A DNA stretch of 60,061 nt, filler included. It is 3 parts of 3 records of this genome, joined end to end, with 100 filler letters (N's around TTAATTAATTAA, not from the genome) between each part and the next. Parts side by side here need not be neighbours in the genome. Positions count along the whole stretch, not along the records: positions 1 to 18,929 come from DRR378314_411; 2 more parts are not named here. One strand, written 5' to 3'. The notes beneath the pieces are model-generated. The model was not told the DNA's origin, did not search any database, and saw only the letters and a program-made list of their open reading frames with translations. Both the position numbers and the translations under genes were made by a program. Shown here piece after piece: positions 1-9,953 of the stretch. Each line of letters begins with the position of its first letter. The stretch's first letter is position 1.

Positions 1-1290
1 GATTTAGGTTGTCACTCAATTTGTATTAAGGATATGGCTGGTCTACTTAAACCTTATGACTGTGAGCAGTTGATCAAAGGGTTAAAAGAGACTGTTTCAA
101 TTCCTATCGCAATGCAATGTCATGCAACTACTGGCTTAAGCACCGCGACTTATCAAAAAGCAATTGATGCAGGCATTGATATGCTTGATACCGCTATTTC
201 ATCTATGAGTATGACTTACGGTCACAGCGCAACTGAAACGATTGTTTCAATTGTTGAAGGAACTGAACGCGACACCGACTTGGATCTCAATCAGCTTGAA
301 GAGATTGCTGCCTATTTCCGTGATGTTCGTAAAAAGTATGCGGCATTTGAAGGTAGCTTAAAAGGGGTGGATGGGAGAATTTTATTAGCGCAAGTGCCAG
401 GCGGTATGTTGACTAATATGGAAAACCAGTTAAAAGAGCAAGGTGCAGCTGATAAGCTAGATCAGGTACTTCTTGAAATACCACGTGTACGCGAAGACTT
501 AGGCTTTTTGCCATTAGTAACACCTACATCGCAAATTGTGGGCACACAAGCTGTATTAAATGTACTAACTGGCGAACGTTACAAAACCATCACAAAAGAA
601 ACGGCGGGCGTGCTTAAAGGTGAGTATGGTTCAACGCCAGCACCGATGAACAAAGAACTTCAAGAGCGCGTACTCGATGGCGGCGAAGCTATTACGTGTC
701 GCCCAGCTGATGTACTTCAGCCTGAGCTTGAAACACTTCACACAGAGTTATTAAAAGAAGCGCAAGAGCAAGGGTTAGCGCTTGCCGATGAGCAAATTGA
801 TGATGTTCTAACATACGCACTGTTTCCTCAAATTGGATTGAAATTCCTTAAAAACCGTAACAACCCTGATGCATTTGAAGCAGTACCAAGTGCTGACTCT
901 GCTAAGCAAGAGAAGCCTTCTAGTAATAAGCCTAATAACAACACCGTTAAAGCTGAGCAATACAGCGTTAAAGTGGATGGCAAAGTATATGATGTTGTTG
1001 TAGCCCAAGGCGGTGAATTAAAAGAAGTAACCCTTAAAGATAGTGAGCTAATTCCTCAATCTGCATCGGTTGCATCTGGTGAAACATTAAATGCTCCACT
1101 TGCTGGTAACATTTTTAAAATCAAAGTTAAAGCTGGTCAAGCAGTGAACGCGGGTGACGTTGTGATGATCATGGAAGCGATGAAAATGGAAACTGAGATC
1201 CGCGCAACACACAGTGGAACGATTGCAGAAGTTCTCGTTGCTGAGGGTGACTCTGTCACAACTGGTGACGCCATGATTGCAATGGCTTAG
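1..1290 (+). CDS. oadA: Na+-translocating oxaloacetate decarboxylase alpha subunit (5' truncated by window edge)
   Basis: Carboxyltransferase motifs (IKDMAG, CHATTG, QVPGGM), C-terminal biotinyl domain EAMKM; directly upstream of oadB. Confidence 0.95.
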   Translation, partial: DLGCHSICIKDMAGLLKPYDCEQLIKGLKETVSIPIAMQCHATTGLSTATYQKAIDAGIDMLDTAISSMSMTYGHSATETIVSIVEGTERDTDLDLNQLEEIAAYFRDVRKKYAAFEGSLKGVDGRILLAQVPGGMLTNMENQLKEQGAADKLDQVLLEIPRVREDLGFLPLVTPTSQIVGTQAVLNVLTGERYKTITKETAGVLKGEYGSTPAPMNKELQERVLDGGEAITCRPADVLQPELETLHTELLKEAQEQGLALADEQIDDVLTYALFPQIGLKFLKNRNNPDAFEAVPSADSAKQEKPSSNKPNNNTVKAEQYSVKVDGKVYDVVVAQGGELKEVTLKDSELIPQSASVASGETLNAPLAGNIFKIKVKAGQAVNAGDVVMIMEAMKMETEIRATHSGTIAEVLVAEGDSVTTGDAMIAMA

Positions 1291-1301
1291 GAGTGTAGAG
1301 G

Positions 1302-2432
1302 ATGGAAGCATTACTAAATCTTTGGCAGGCAACGGGTATAGCAAACTTCACGTTTCCTGCATTAATAATGATTGCAGTAGGGTGTTTATTATTGTACCTC
1401 GCGATTTCGCGTAACTTTGAACCATTATTATTGGTGCCAATTGGCTTTGGCGCAATATTAACTAATATCCCTGTTGCTGGTTTATCAGACCCAGGTGGTT
1501 TGTTGTACTACGTTTACCATATTGGTATTGATACCGGAGTCTTTCCGTTATTAATCTTTATGGGGGTTGGGGCGCTTACAGATTTTAGTGCCCTGATAGC
1601 AAATCCGCGCATGATGTTGCTTGGTGCTGCTGCTCAGTTTGGTATTTTTGCGACATTATTTGGTGCAATTTTACTTAACTATGTACCAGGATTTGAGTTC
1701 TCATTACAAGATGCATCGGCGATTGCAATTATCGGTGGTGCTGATGGCCCAACAGCTATCTTCTTAGCATCAAAGTTAGCGCCTGACTTGCTCGGTGCTA
1801 TCGCTGTAGCTGCATATTCTTATATGGCACTTGTGCCTATTATTCAGCCGCCTATTATGCGCGCACTTACAACGCCAGAAGAGCGAAAAATTCAAATGCC
1901 ACAATTACGTACAGTATCTAAGAAGGAAAAAATCATTTTCCCTCTAATGGTATTGGGCTTAACTATGCTGTTTTTACCCGCCGCAACACCGCTTGTAGGT
2001 ATGTTTTGTTTAGGTAACTTAATGCGAGAGTCAGGTGTGGTTGATCGCTTAAGCAACAGTGCACAAAATGAGATTATCAATATAACAACGATTTTCTTAG
2101 GACTCGCTGTAGGGTCTAAATTAGCCGCAGATAAATTCTTAACTGTCGAAACACTGGGTATTTTAGCGCTAGGTGCATTGGCATTTTCTATCGGTACAGC
2201 CTCAGGTGTGTTTATGGCAAAAGGATTAAACAAGTTATCTAAATCACCAATAAACCCCTTAGTGGGGGCGGCGGGGGTTTCTGCCGTACCAATGGCTGCG
2301 CGAGTAGTTAACAAAGTTGGCCTTGAAAATAACCCGCATAACTTCTTATTGATGCATGCAATGGGGCCTAACGTAGCAGGTGTACTAGGTAGTGCCGTTG
2401 CTGCGGGTATTTTGTTAGCACTTGTAGGTTAA
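1302..2432 (+). CDS. oadB: Oxaloacetate decarboxylase beta subunit
   Basis: Hydrophobic protein with [31 protein letters not shown] and AMGPNVAG motifs; RBS GAGG. Confidence 0.95.
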   Translation: MEALLNLWQATGIANFTFPALIMIAVGCLLLYLAISRNFEPLLLVPIGFGAILTNIPVAGLSDPGGLLYYVYHIGIDTGVFPLLIFMGVGALTDFSALIANPRMMLLGAAAQFGIFATLFGAILLNYVPGFEFSLQDASAIAIIGGADGPTAIFLASKLAPDLLGAIAVAAYSYMALVPIIQPPIMRALTTPEERKIQMPQLRTVSKKEKIIFPLMVLGLTMLFLPAATPLVGMFCLGNLMRESGVVDRLSNSAQNEIINITTIFLGLAVGSKLAADKFLTVETLGILALGALAFSIGTASGVFMAKGLNKLSKSPINPLVGAAGVSAVPMAARVVNKVGLENNPHNFLLMHAMGPNVAGVLGSAVAAGILLALVG

Positions 2433-2503
2433 AAAACCGCGGTGCTCATTCATATTGAGGTGGTTTGAGTATATTTAAGTAAACTTTTACTTCCAACCGA
2501 CTG

Positions 2504-2529
2504 GCGCAGTTTAAACTGCGCTTTTTTTT
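2504..2529 (+). terminator. Intrinsic terminator after oadB
   Basis: GCGCAGTTTAAACTGCGC palindrome followed by T8. Confidence 0.8.
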
Positions 2530-2581
2530 GGGCGCTTTTTGGGTATACTCAACGTTAGTTTTACAAATTTAAAGGAGTGGT

Positions 2582-2758
2582 ATGAATATTTTTGTGATTT
2601 TAATATCTTTGGTTGTCGCTCTTGTCATTCTTGTGCCATTACTTGAAAAGTACCAATCAAAAATGGGTTTAGATGGTGCAACTAAATATGCTAAGTATAT
2701 TTGGCCATTGGTCATGATTTCATTGGTTATACAATTGATTTATGTATTGGTGCGATAG
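2582..2758 (+). CDS. Small 58-aa membrane protein with two predicted TM helices (absent from ORF track)
   Basis: Hand translation MNIFVILISLVVALVILVPLLEKYQSKMGLDGATKYAKYIWPLVMISLVIQLIYVLVR*; AAGGAG RBS just upstream. Confidence 0.75.
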   Translation: MNIFVILISLVVALVILVPLLEKYQSKMGLDGATKYAKYIWPLVMISLVIQLIYVLVR

Positions 2759-3214
2759 AGCATAGCCATCAACCGTCAAAATTGGATGCGCACGTAGACT
2801 TGCGCATCACGAAACCCAACGAATAATATCCTTTCAGTCTTTATTAAAGCGCAGCATTATCACGTGTTTTATTTATTCAGTTTACTCTGAGTCGTGGGAA
2901 AATAATTTTAAATATTTATTTAAAACCAGTGGCTTAGATTTCCATGTGAAATTATATAAATACCATCGTTTCTTTAGGTTTATCCTGTGCAATTAAGGTG
3001 CAGGATTTGAATTTCACACAATGCCTTAACCTTATATTGTCACACCATAATAGTTTCTTTTAATACATATTAGCGAAAATAGATCATGTTGCTTAGGGAA
3101 GTGCTTAGAAGATAAATCGCTTTACTATACTCGTTTTGCAATATGACCTAAGCCGTTCCTTTTTTAAATACCTAGCTACTTATTTACATTACATAGCTCA
3201 GTGATTATTATGCA

Positions 3215-3233
3215 AATAATAATAATTACCATT
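3215..3233. promoter_or_regulatory. Fur box upstream of the response regulator
   Basis: AATAATAATAATTACCATT matches AATGATAATNATTATCATT at 16/18; iron-uptake context. Confidence 0.7.
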
Positions 3234-3253
3234 TCTATTGGTTTGGGTTTTCA

Positions 3254-3940
3254 GTGTCAAAAATAAAAGTTTTATTAATTGAAGACGATAATACGTTAAA
3301 TCATTATCTCACCGATTTATTGGTTAAATCAGGTTACTGTGTTGAACAGTGCTTTGATGGTTTAACAGGGTTGGAAATAGCTCAGCGTCGGCAGCACCAC
3401 CTTATTTTACTTGATAAAATGCTCCCTAAGTTAGACGGTGTATCACTTTTAAAAACACTGCGAGAGACCAGCCAGCAGCCTGTTATTATGGTTTCAGCCA
3501 AAGGTGCAGAAGAAGAGCGTATTTTAGGCTTGAGCCATGGCGCAGATGATTATGTTGCCAAGCCATTTAATACCCAAGAGCTGTTACTCAGAATTGAGAG
3601 CCTATTAAGACGAAGCCAAGCAAGCGTCAAACCAAGCAGTCATGTAGAAATAAATATTGATGGCCTCATGCTCAACGTTATCAAACAGGTTATTTATGTA
3701 AATGGTGAAGAGCTTGAGTTCACACCAATTCAGTTTAAATTACTTTGGGAGCTGGTTTCGCAACAAAATCAAATAGTCAGTAAATCAGATTTATACCAAG
3801 CAGTGCTTAATAAAAAGTTAGGCGCTTATGATCGTAGTATTGATATGCATCTTAGTCGAGTAAGAAGAAAACTAACAGACGCTAACTGGCTTGGGGAGCG
3901 CTTACAAACGGTGCATGGTAAAGGATACTGTTTTAAATGA
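3254..3940 (+). CDS. OmpR-family response regulator (PfeR/PirR-like)
   Basis: Receiver domain (LIEDD, LLDKMLP, KPF) plus winged helix (RSIDMHLSRVRRKL, TVHGKGY). Confidence 0.9.
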   Translation: MSKIKVLLIEDDNTLNHYLTDLLVKSGYCVEQCFDGLTGLEIAQRRQHHLILLDKMLPKLDGVSLLKTLRETSQQPVIMVSAKGAEEERILGLSHGADDYVAKPFNTQELLLRIESLLRRSQASVKPSSHVEINIDGLMLNVIKQVIYVNGEELEFTPIQFKLLWELVSQQNQIVSKSDLYQAVLNKKLGAYDRSIDMHLSRVRRKLTDANWLGERLQTVHGKGYCFK

Positions 3941-5274
3941 AGCGAAAGTTACTTTGGAAATTATGCCTAATTTTGGCTACAGGTTTAGTTTCATTTTTTT
4001 ATTTATTACACATATTCACCTTAAAAACAGAAGAGAGCATGAGTTTTATTGCAGAGCAAGATCGCATGCAATTACAAGCGTGGGGAGCACATGCTGAAAA
4101 GCTCTATACGACTGGAAAAATAGATCAATTAAATGCGTGGTTGGCACAGTTAAAAACTCAAGAAAACACTTGGGTATCCATAGCTGGTTTTAAGGTAAGC
4201 CACATAGCTGGTGAATCATTTGATCAAAATATTGTTGGTGGTTATCACTTTGGGCGCAGCATTGAATGGAAAATTCATCTCTACTTTGAGCAAAACCCCA
4301 TAATGGAAATTCCTTTCATTCATACTAATGGCAGCTTCTTAATAAAATTACCTGAGCGTATGCGCCCAGGTAACTACTGGACAACAACTAAGTTTATGTT
4401 GCAAATAATAATGCCAATGCTGGTTTTAGTCGTGTTATCGATTATTTTATATCGCCATATTATTACGCCTCTACAGCAATTAGAAAAAGCGACTGCAGAA
4501 TTTAGCCGTGGTAACTTTTCAGTTAGGGTGGCGAAATATTTAGGAGGGCGCAAAGATGAACTTGCCCAACTTGCATTTACCTTTGATCAAATGGCTAGTC
4601 GTATTGGTGAGCTCATTAACAATCAAAGACAATTAATTTCAGACTTATCCCACGAATTAAGAACACCACTTACGCGTTTAGATATAGCTGTTGAAAACTT
4701 TGATGAGCACGAAAGTAAACAGCACCTTAAGCGAATCACTCGCGAGTCAAAACATATTCGCAAACTTGTTGAAGATAGTTTAACCCTTGCATGGCTTGAA
4801 AATGAAAAGCCGATAATTAAACAAGAGCCCGTTGATCTGGTAGACCTGCTTGATGTGTTAATTGAGGATGCTCGTTATGAATTTCCTGATCGAAAGCTGG
4901 TTGTTCATGCCCCAGCAACCGCAGTGATTGAAAATAGCTGCCATCGTGCATTATGTCCACCCATCGAAAACGTGATTAGAAATGCGCTGCGTTATACACC
5001 GGTCAATGAGCAAGTTACTATTAGCATGTCGTTGGAGTCTAGTTTTTACAAATTACAGATATGCGATCAAGGTCCTGGTATCCCTGAGCAATTTTTAAAG
5101 AAAGTATTTGAGCCATTTTTTAGAGTCGACGACGCACGAATAAGTGAAGGAGATAGCTTTGGTTTGGGTTTGGCCTTGGCTAAACGCCATTTAGCCAGTG
5201 TTAGGGCAAAGATCTATGCACAAAATGAGTTAGGTGGAGGGTTGGTAGTGGTGATAATGATTCCTATTTCTTAA
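3937..5274 (+). CDS. Sensor histidine kinase (PfeS/PirS-like)
   Basis: Two TM segments, HAMP, SHELRTPL H-box, NALRY, DQGPG and GLGL boxes; ATGA overlap with the regulator. Confidence 0.9.
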   Translation: MKRKLLWKLCLILATGLVSFFYLLHIFTLKTEESMSFIAEQDRMQLQAWGAHAEKLYTTGKIDQLNAWLAQLKTQENTWVSIAGFKVSHIAGESFDQNIVGGYHFGRSIEWKIHLYFEQNPIMEIPFIHTNGSFLIKLPERMRPGNYWTTTKFMLQIIMPMLVLVVLSIILYRHIITPLQQLEKATAEFSRGNFSVRVAKYLGGRKDELAQLAFTFDQMASRIGELINNQRQLISDLSHELRTPLTRLDIAVENFDEHESKQHLKRITRESKHIRKLVEDSLTLAWLENEKPIIKQEPVDLVDLLDVLIEDARYEFPDRKLVVHAPATAVIENSCHRALCPPIENVIRNALRYTPVNEQVTISMSLESSFYKLQICDQGPGIPEQFLKKVFEPFFRVDDARISEGDSFGLGLALAKRHLASVRAKIYAQNELGGGLVVVIMIPIS

Positions 5275-5312
5275 ATGTAACAATTGTAAAAGTCATATCA
5301 TTAATGACCTTA

Positions 5313-5331
5313 AATGGTAATAATTCTTAAT
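5313..5331. promoter_or_regulatory. Fur box upstream of the TonB-dependent receptor
   Basis: AATGGTAATAATTCTTAAT matches the 9-1-9 Fur consensus at 14/18. Confidence 0.6.
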
Positions 5332-5364
5332 TAAGTATTTAACACTTATTTTGAGATTTAATTC

Positions 5365-7500
5365 ATGCCATCTGTATTAATAAATAAACCGTTTGTAAAA
5401 ACCAGTATTGCCAGCGCTGTAATTGCGCTTTGTTTTAACGCCAATGCGGCTACTCAAGAAGAGACTAAACAAGAACAGAAGATAGAAAAAATCACAGTCG
5501 TTGGTGCTACAACAAATTCAGAAATCACACCACTTGAGCTTGAAAACTACCAGGCAAACGATTTAGATGATATTTTTCGTCATACACCATCGGTTACTGT
5601 AGGTGGATCATTAGGTATAGCACAAAAGATATTTGTACGTGGTATGGAAGACTCAATGGTGAACGTAACAGTTGATGGTGCGCCGCAAACCAGCACGCTG
5701 TTTCATCATATTGGCCGTGTTGCAATTGAACCTGAACTATTACAAAGTATAGAAGTACAAGCCGGTGCGGGTGAAGCAACAGCGGGTACAGGCGCTGTGG
5801 GCGGAGCAATACGTTTTAAAACAAAAAGTGCTGATAATTTACTCCGCGATAACGAGCAGTTTGGTGGTATTGCCAAAGCGAGTTATTTTAGTAATGACGG
5901 CCACAAAGAAAGCCTATCATTATACGGCAAGTTAACTGATGAAATAGGGGTGTTAGCGTCCTATGTTAATGTTAGTCGCAATGACATGGATGACGGTGAT
6001 GGCAGAAATCTAGAAGGGACAGCAGCCGATCAAACCCTTGCATTCATAAAAGTAAACGCCGATCTGACAGAAAACCAAAGCTTGACATTAAGCTATGAAA
6101 ATCGCCAAGAAGAAGGTGAGTTTGGTAAACAAACTAACTGGGCCCAAATTGCTGGAGCACCATTGTTTGAATCATGGGGAGAGCGCGAAACCATTGTGTT
6201 AAATCATGCCTGGTACTTAAATAGTTTCGTAAACCTTGAAACGACTATTTACCAAACAGAGTCTTCATTTAAACGCGAACTTTATACCTGGGATGTTGCA
6301 ATCGAAACAACGGGTTTTGATATCCGAAATACCAGTGATTTAGGCAATCATACTCTGACTTACGGTGTAGAACAAAAAGTAGATAAAGTTCATGCTGCTT
6401 CGTATGAAAACTTTGGTGGTATTTTTGATGAAGAAGGCACTGTGACGGGTGTATATATTCAAGATCACTGGCAATTAAGCGATGCTTTATTACTTAGCTT
6501 TGGTGCGCGTTATGATGCTTATGAACTTGATCACAGCGGTGTTGAAGTTAACTGGGTTAAAGTTGATGGTGTCTGGGTCATTGAAACCGACGCAAGTGGT
6601 GCGCCAGTGACTTCGTCGGATGAGTTTTCAACTAAAAAACAAGATGGCATTAGTGGCAATATTGGTTTTGAGTATAGTTTTACCGAATCATTAAAGCTGT
6701 CTGCTGGTTATGCACAAGCGCTTAGAGGTAGGCAAGTTGCAGATGCTTTCACTGTAGGTGAGTTGACATATAATCAAAACTTATCACCTGAAGAAGTCGA
6801 TAATACTGAGCTTGGCTTAGTGTATAACGATGGCACTTGGTTGTTTGAAGCATCATTGTACCTAAGTGTAATTAACGATGTGGTATTTGATAAGTTCAAA
6901 GGCCGTGAAGGTGTATTCAACGAAAATATCGGTGATTTAGAAACCAAAGGTATTGAACTTGTATCGGGTTATCAAGGCGATAATTTTGATGTTATCGTAA
7001 GTTATAGCCATAACGATGTTGAACTAAATAATGCCTCATTTGTGTGGCCAGACGCTAATGATGCCACTGGTTATAGCACTGTTATTATCGATGGTATTGA
7101 TATGGCAGCCTATGAATATGGCGGTTTAGGTAATGCAATTGGCGATTCTATCAATCTTAACTTTAACTACCACGTGAATGAGAAAATTAAGTTTGGTCTA
7201 AACTATAACCATGTTGCTAGCCTCAACGATATTGAAGTATTCCACCGTTCGATTGAACTTGGTTGGTTGAATGAGCTCGAAACAATCAATAAGCCAGGCT
7301 ACGATTTATTTGATGCCTATGTAACCTATGAGCCACTCACCAATCTAAGGTTTGATTTATCAGTGCAAAACTTACTAGACGAATCTTATTTAAGCCACGG
7401 TAGTGTTGCTGACTACGGGCATATTAAGGGTTATGAAGGTGTTGTAGGCATTAAAGAGCCAGGGCGTGATATACGCCTTAGTGTGTCGTATACATTTTAA
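5365..7500 (+). CDS. TonB-dependent outer-membrane receptor, probably iron/siderophore (VctA/FrpB-like plug)
   Basis: Signal peptide, TonB box EKITVVG, plug VTVGGS..AQKIFVRG, C-terminal GRDIRLSVSYTF. Confidence 0.9.
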   Translation: MPSVLINKPFVKTSIASAVIALCFNANAATQEETKQEQKIEKITVVGATTNSEITPLELENYQANDLDDIFRHTPSVTVGGSLGIAQKIFVRGMEDSMVNVTVDGAPQTSTLFHHIGRVAIEPELLQSIEVQAGAGEATAGTGAVGGAIRFKTKSADNLLRDNEQFGGIAKASYFSNDGHKESLSLYGKLTDEIGVLASYVNVSRNDMDDGDGRNLEGTAADQTLAFIKVNADLTENQSLTLSYENRQEEGEFGKQTNWAQIAGAPLFESWGERETIVLNHAWYLNSFVNLETTIYQTESSFKRELYTWDVAIETTGFDIRNTSDLGNHTLTYGVEQKVDKVHAASYENFGGIFDEEGTVTGVYIQDHWQLSDALLLSFGARYDAYELDHSGVEVNWVKVDGVWVIETDASGAPVTSSDEFSTKKQDGISGNIGFEYSFTESLKLSAGYAQALRGRQVADAFTVGELTYNQNLSPEEVDNTELGLVYNDGTWLFEASLYLSVINDVVFDKFKGREGVFNENIGDLETKGIELVSGYQGDNFDVIVSYSHNDVELNNASFVWPDANDATGYSTVIIDGIDMAAYEYGGLGNAIGDSINLNFNYHVNEKIKFGLNYNHVASLNDIEVFHRSIELGWLNELETINKPGYDLFDAYVTYEPLTNLRFDLSVQNLLDESYLSHGSVADYGHIKGYEGVVGIKEPGRDIRLSVSYTF

Positions 7501-7511
7501 CTCCTGAATTA

Positions 7512-7538
7512 GTTAGGTGCTTTAAGAAAGCACCTAAC
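7512..7538. terminator. Intergenic hairpin (stabiliser or attenuator) after the receptor gene
   Basis: GTTAGGTGCTTT-AAG-AAAGCACCTAAC, 12-bp perfect stem, no strong U tail. Confidence 0.5.
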
Positions 7539-7548
7539 GGGCTTATTG

Positions 7549-7839
7549 ATGAATATCACAAAAAAACATCTCTCAGTATTTCATGTAACTACTCGTGTGC
7601 TTATTGCTTTAATTGGCGGTTATTTTGTGGCAATGCATGGTGCTATCTTGATTGGCAATCATTTATTAAGTGATAAGACTAACAGTATTATCACAGGATT
7701 AATGTCTAGCTTTATCATTTACCTCATCACAGCGCTATTTGTATTTGCTACTAAAACAACGTTACGCGCTTTTGCCGTTGTATTGGTTTCATGTATTTTA
7801 CTTTACTTTTTGAATTACTATTTGCAGGGGCCGCAATAG
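7549..7839 (+). CDS. Small iron-uptake-associated membrane protein (DUF3649-like)
   Basis: RVLIALIGGY motif, about three TM helices, precedes PepSY-TM gene. Confidence 0.7.
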   Translation: MNITKKHLSVFHVTTRVLIALIGGYFVAMHGAILIGNHLLSDKTNSIITGLMSSFIIYLITALFVFATKTTLRAFAVVLVSCILLYFLNYYLQGPQ

Positions 7840-7840
7840 T

Positions 7841-9412
7841 ATGAGACCTCGATTTAGACAATCTATGAGCTGGCTACATACGTGGTCGGGTTTTGTATTT
7901 GCTTGGCTACTGTTTTTTATTTTTATTACAGGCACTGCAGGCTATTTTGAAAATGAAATAGACCGCTGGATGAAACCAGAAATAGCCATAGTTAATGAAC
8001 CAATTGATGACTTAGCAATACTTGAAATTGCTCAGCAACAACTCACAGACAATGCAGAAGATGCAGCTCAGTGGTACATCAGTTATCCATCAGTACGTAA
8101 CCCGTATATTGATATTTCGTGGATGCAGCCAGCAAATAAAGAGACTGGGGCACGTAGGCAGTGGTATGAAAAAAACCTTGCGCCTGATACCTGCGAGCTT
8201 ATAACCACCAGAGACACCAGTGGTGGCGAAGCGTTATATCGACTGCACTATAGTTTACATTATGTACCGATTGTTGTTGGTTATTTGGTCACTAGTTTAG
8301 CCACGATGCTGATGCTGATTGGCTTAGTCACTGGGGTGATTATTCATAAAAAAATATTCATTGAGTTTTTTACTTTTCGTGCCAATAAAGGGCTGCGTAG
8401 TTGGCTCGATATACATAACATTTTTAGTGTGTTGCCACTGCCTTTTCATTTGATGATCACCTATAGCGGGCTTATTTTATTAATGGGTATTTCATTTGCC
8501 CCTGTGGTGGATGCAACCTATGGCGAAGGCAAAAAAATGCATCGCCAGTTATACAATGAAACACAAACTGAAAACCTTACAAAGGAAGTTATCGCGTTAC
8601 CCGCAAAGGACTTATCACTTGAATCAGCATTAAATGATGCGAAGTCGCGTTTTAAGTATCAGGCAGTGAGTTATTTGGGGTTAATTGACCGAAATACAGC
8701 GCAGCCTGGGTTCGAGGTTTGGTTTGAAGCAGGGCATGGCATCGAGTTTGCAAAGCTTATTACTTATCGCGCTGTTGGTGGGCACGTTCAAATAGAACAA
8801 GCCACAGGAAAAAAATACAGTGCAGCTGAGGTTTATGATGTGCTGGAGCATTTACACGAAGGATTGTTTGCAGATACTTATTTAAGGTGGTTGTACTTTT
8901 TATCTGGCTTGCTAGGGGCTGGAATGATAGCAACGGGAATGATTATTTGGGTGCAAAAACGTAAAAAGCAGCAATCTAGGTTTATCAATGTTATCGATAA
9001 GCTTAATGCAGCTGTGGTCGTTGGCTTACCCATAGGCATCGCGGCTTATTTTTGGGCTAACCGTTTACTACCTGTTGAAATGGCTAGCCGTGCCCAATGG
9101 GAAATGAACAGCTTGTTTATTGTATTTGCATTTTGTAGCTGTTTTTGTATTACGCGAGCAGCAGAAAAAGCCTGGCAAAATATGCTGTGGTTAGCAGCTG
9201 TAGCCTATGCCTTGATACCACTTGTTAATATGCTCACAACAAAGCACAGTATATTATCGAGCTTACAAAATAATGATTGGTTAATGCTGGGGTTTGATTT
9301 AAGTATGCTGGTTTTTGCTGGGGGCTTTGCTGCTACGGCGATTGTGTTGCAAAGGCGAAGTGTTATTGGCTCTGCAAACGCACATATAAAGCAAACAGTA
9401 AAAGGTATTTAA
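7841..9412 (+). CDS. PepSY-associated TM helix protein (putative ferrisiderophore reductase)
   Basis: FRQSMSWLHTWSG, LYRLHY, SWLDIHN and HLHEG histidine motifs. Confidence 0.88.
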   Translation: MRPRFRQSMSWLHTWSGFVFAWLLFFIFITGTAGYFENEIDRWMKPEIAIVNEPIDDLAILEIAQQQLTDNAEDAAQWYISYPSVRNPYIDISWMQPANKETGARRQWYEKNLAPDTCELITTRDTSGGEALYRLHYSLHYVPIVVGYLVTSLATMLMLIGLVTGVIIHKKIFIEFFTFRANKGLRSWLDIHNIFSVLPLPFHLMITYSGLILLMGISFAPVVDATYGEGKKMHRQLYNETQTENLTKEVIALPAKDLSLESALNDAKSRFKYQAVSYLGLIDRNTAQPGFEVWFEAGHGIEFAKLITYRAVGGHVQIEQATGKKYSAAEVYDVLEHLHEGLFADTYLRWLYFLSGLLGAGMIATGMIIWVQKRKKQQSRFINVIDKLNAAVVVGLPIGIAAYFWANRLLPVEMASRAQWEMNSLFIVFAFCSCFCITRAAEKAWQNMLWLAAVAYALIPLVNMLTTKHSILSSLQNNDWLMLGFDLSMLVFAGGFAATAIVLQRRSVIGSANAHIKQTVKGI

Positions 9413-9414
9413 AT

Positions 9415-9717
9415 ATGTTGATATTACTACAAATAATGCTGCAATTAGTGGGCTTTACACTGCTGAGTTTGTCATTACAACGCTATTATAACCATGTATT
9501 TAGTCAAGCACTGGGCTTAAAAAAAAGCACCCGTATATTGTTTAGATGTGCTGGCTTTGCATTACTTATTGTTGCAGCAATTAATGCAATCAGTCTGTGG
9601 GGCAATTCACTTGGCTTAGTCTATGTTTTTGCAACCGCAACACTAATAACGACTTTATTAGCTGTTTTATTAGCTTATATTACTTACAAGAGCAAAGATA
9701 ATCGCCAAATAAATTAG
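9415..9717 (+). CDS. Small membrane protein (DUF3325-like)
   Basis: GFTLLSLSLQRYY-type N-terminus, three TM helices, typical position after a PepSY-TM gene. Confidence 0.65.
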   Translation: MLILLQIMLQLVGFTLLSLSLQRYYNHVFSQALGLKKSTRILFRCAGFALLIVAAINAISLWGNSLGLVYVFATATLITTLLAVLLAYITYKSKDNRQIN

Positions 9718-9899
9718 CATAACAGTAACACTCATCACGGTTGTGATTTATCAGTAATTATTAAATACGGTTGAGTCATTATACCGTTAATTGGTAGAGC
9801 CCATTTGGTAATATTATTCTTTACTGTTTGTTTAAAGTCTTAATTCAATTGCAAAAAAGTCGATCACAAACGCAACGATTGACTTTGTTTAGACATTAA

Positions 9900-9936
9900 A
9901 AAACCGTTGCTATGTGAATAGCAACGGTTTTATTTT
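9900..9936. terminator. Bidirectional intrinsic terminator
   Basis: AAAACCGTTGCTAT-GTGA-ATAGCAACGGTTTT between convergent genes. Confidence 0.85.
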
Positions 9937-9953
9937 CTGACGGCTGACCGCTC

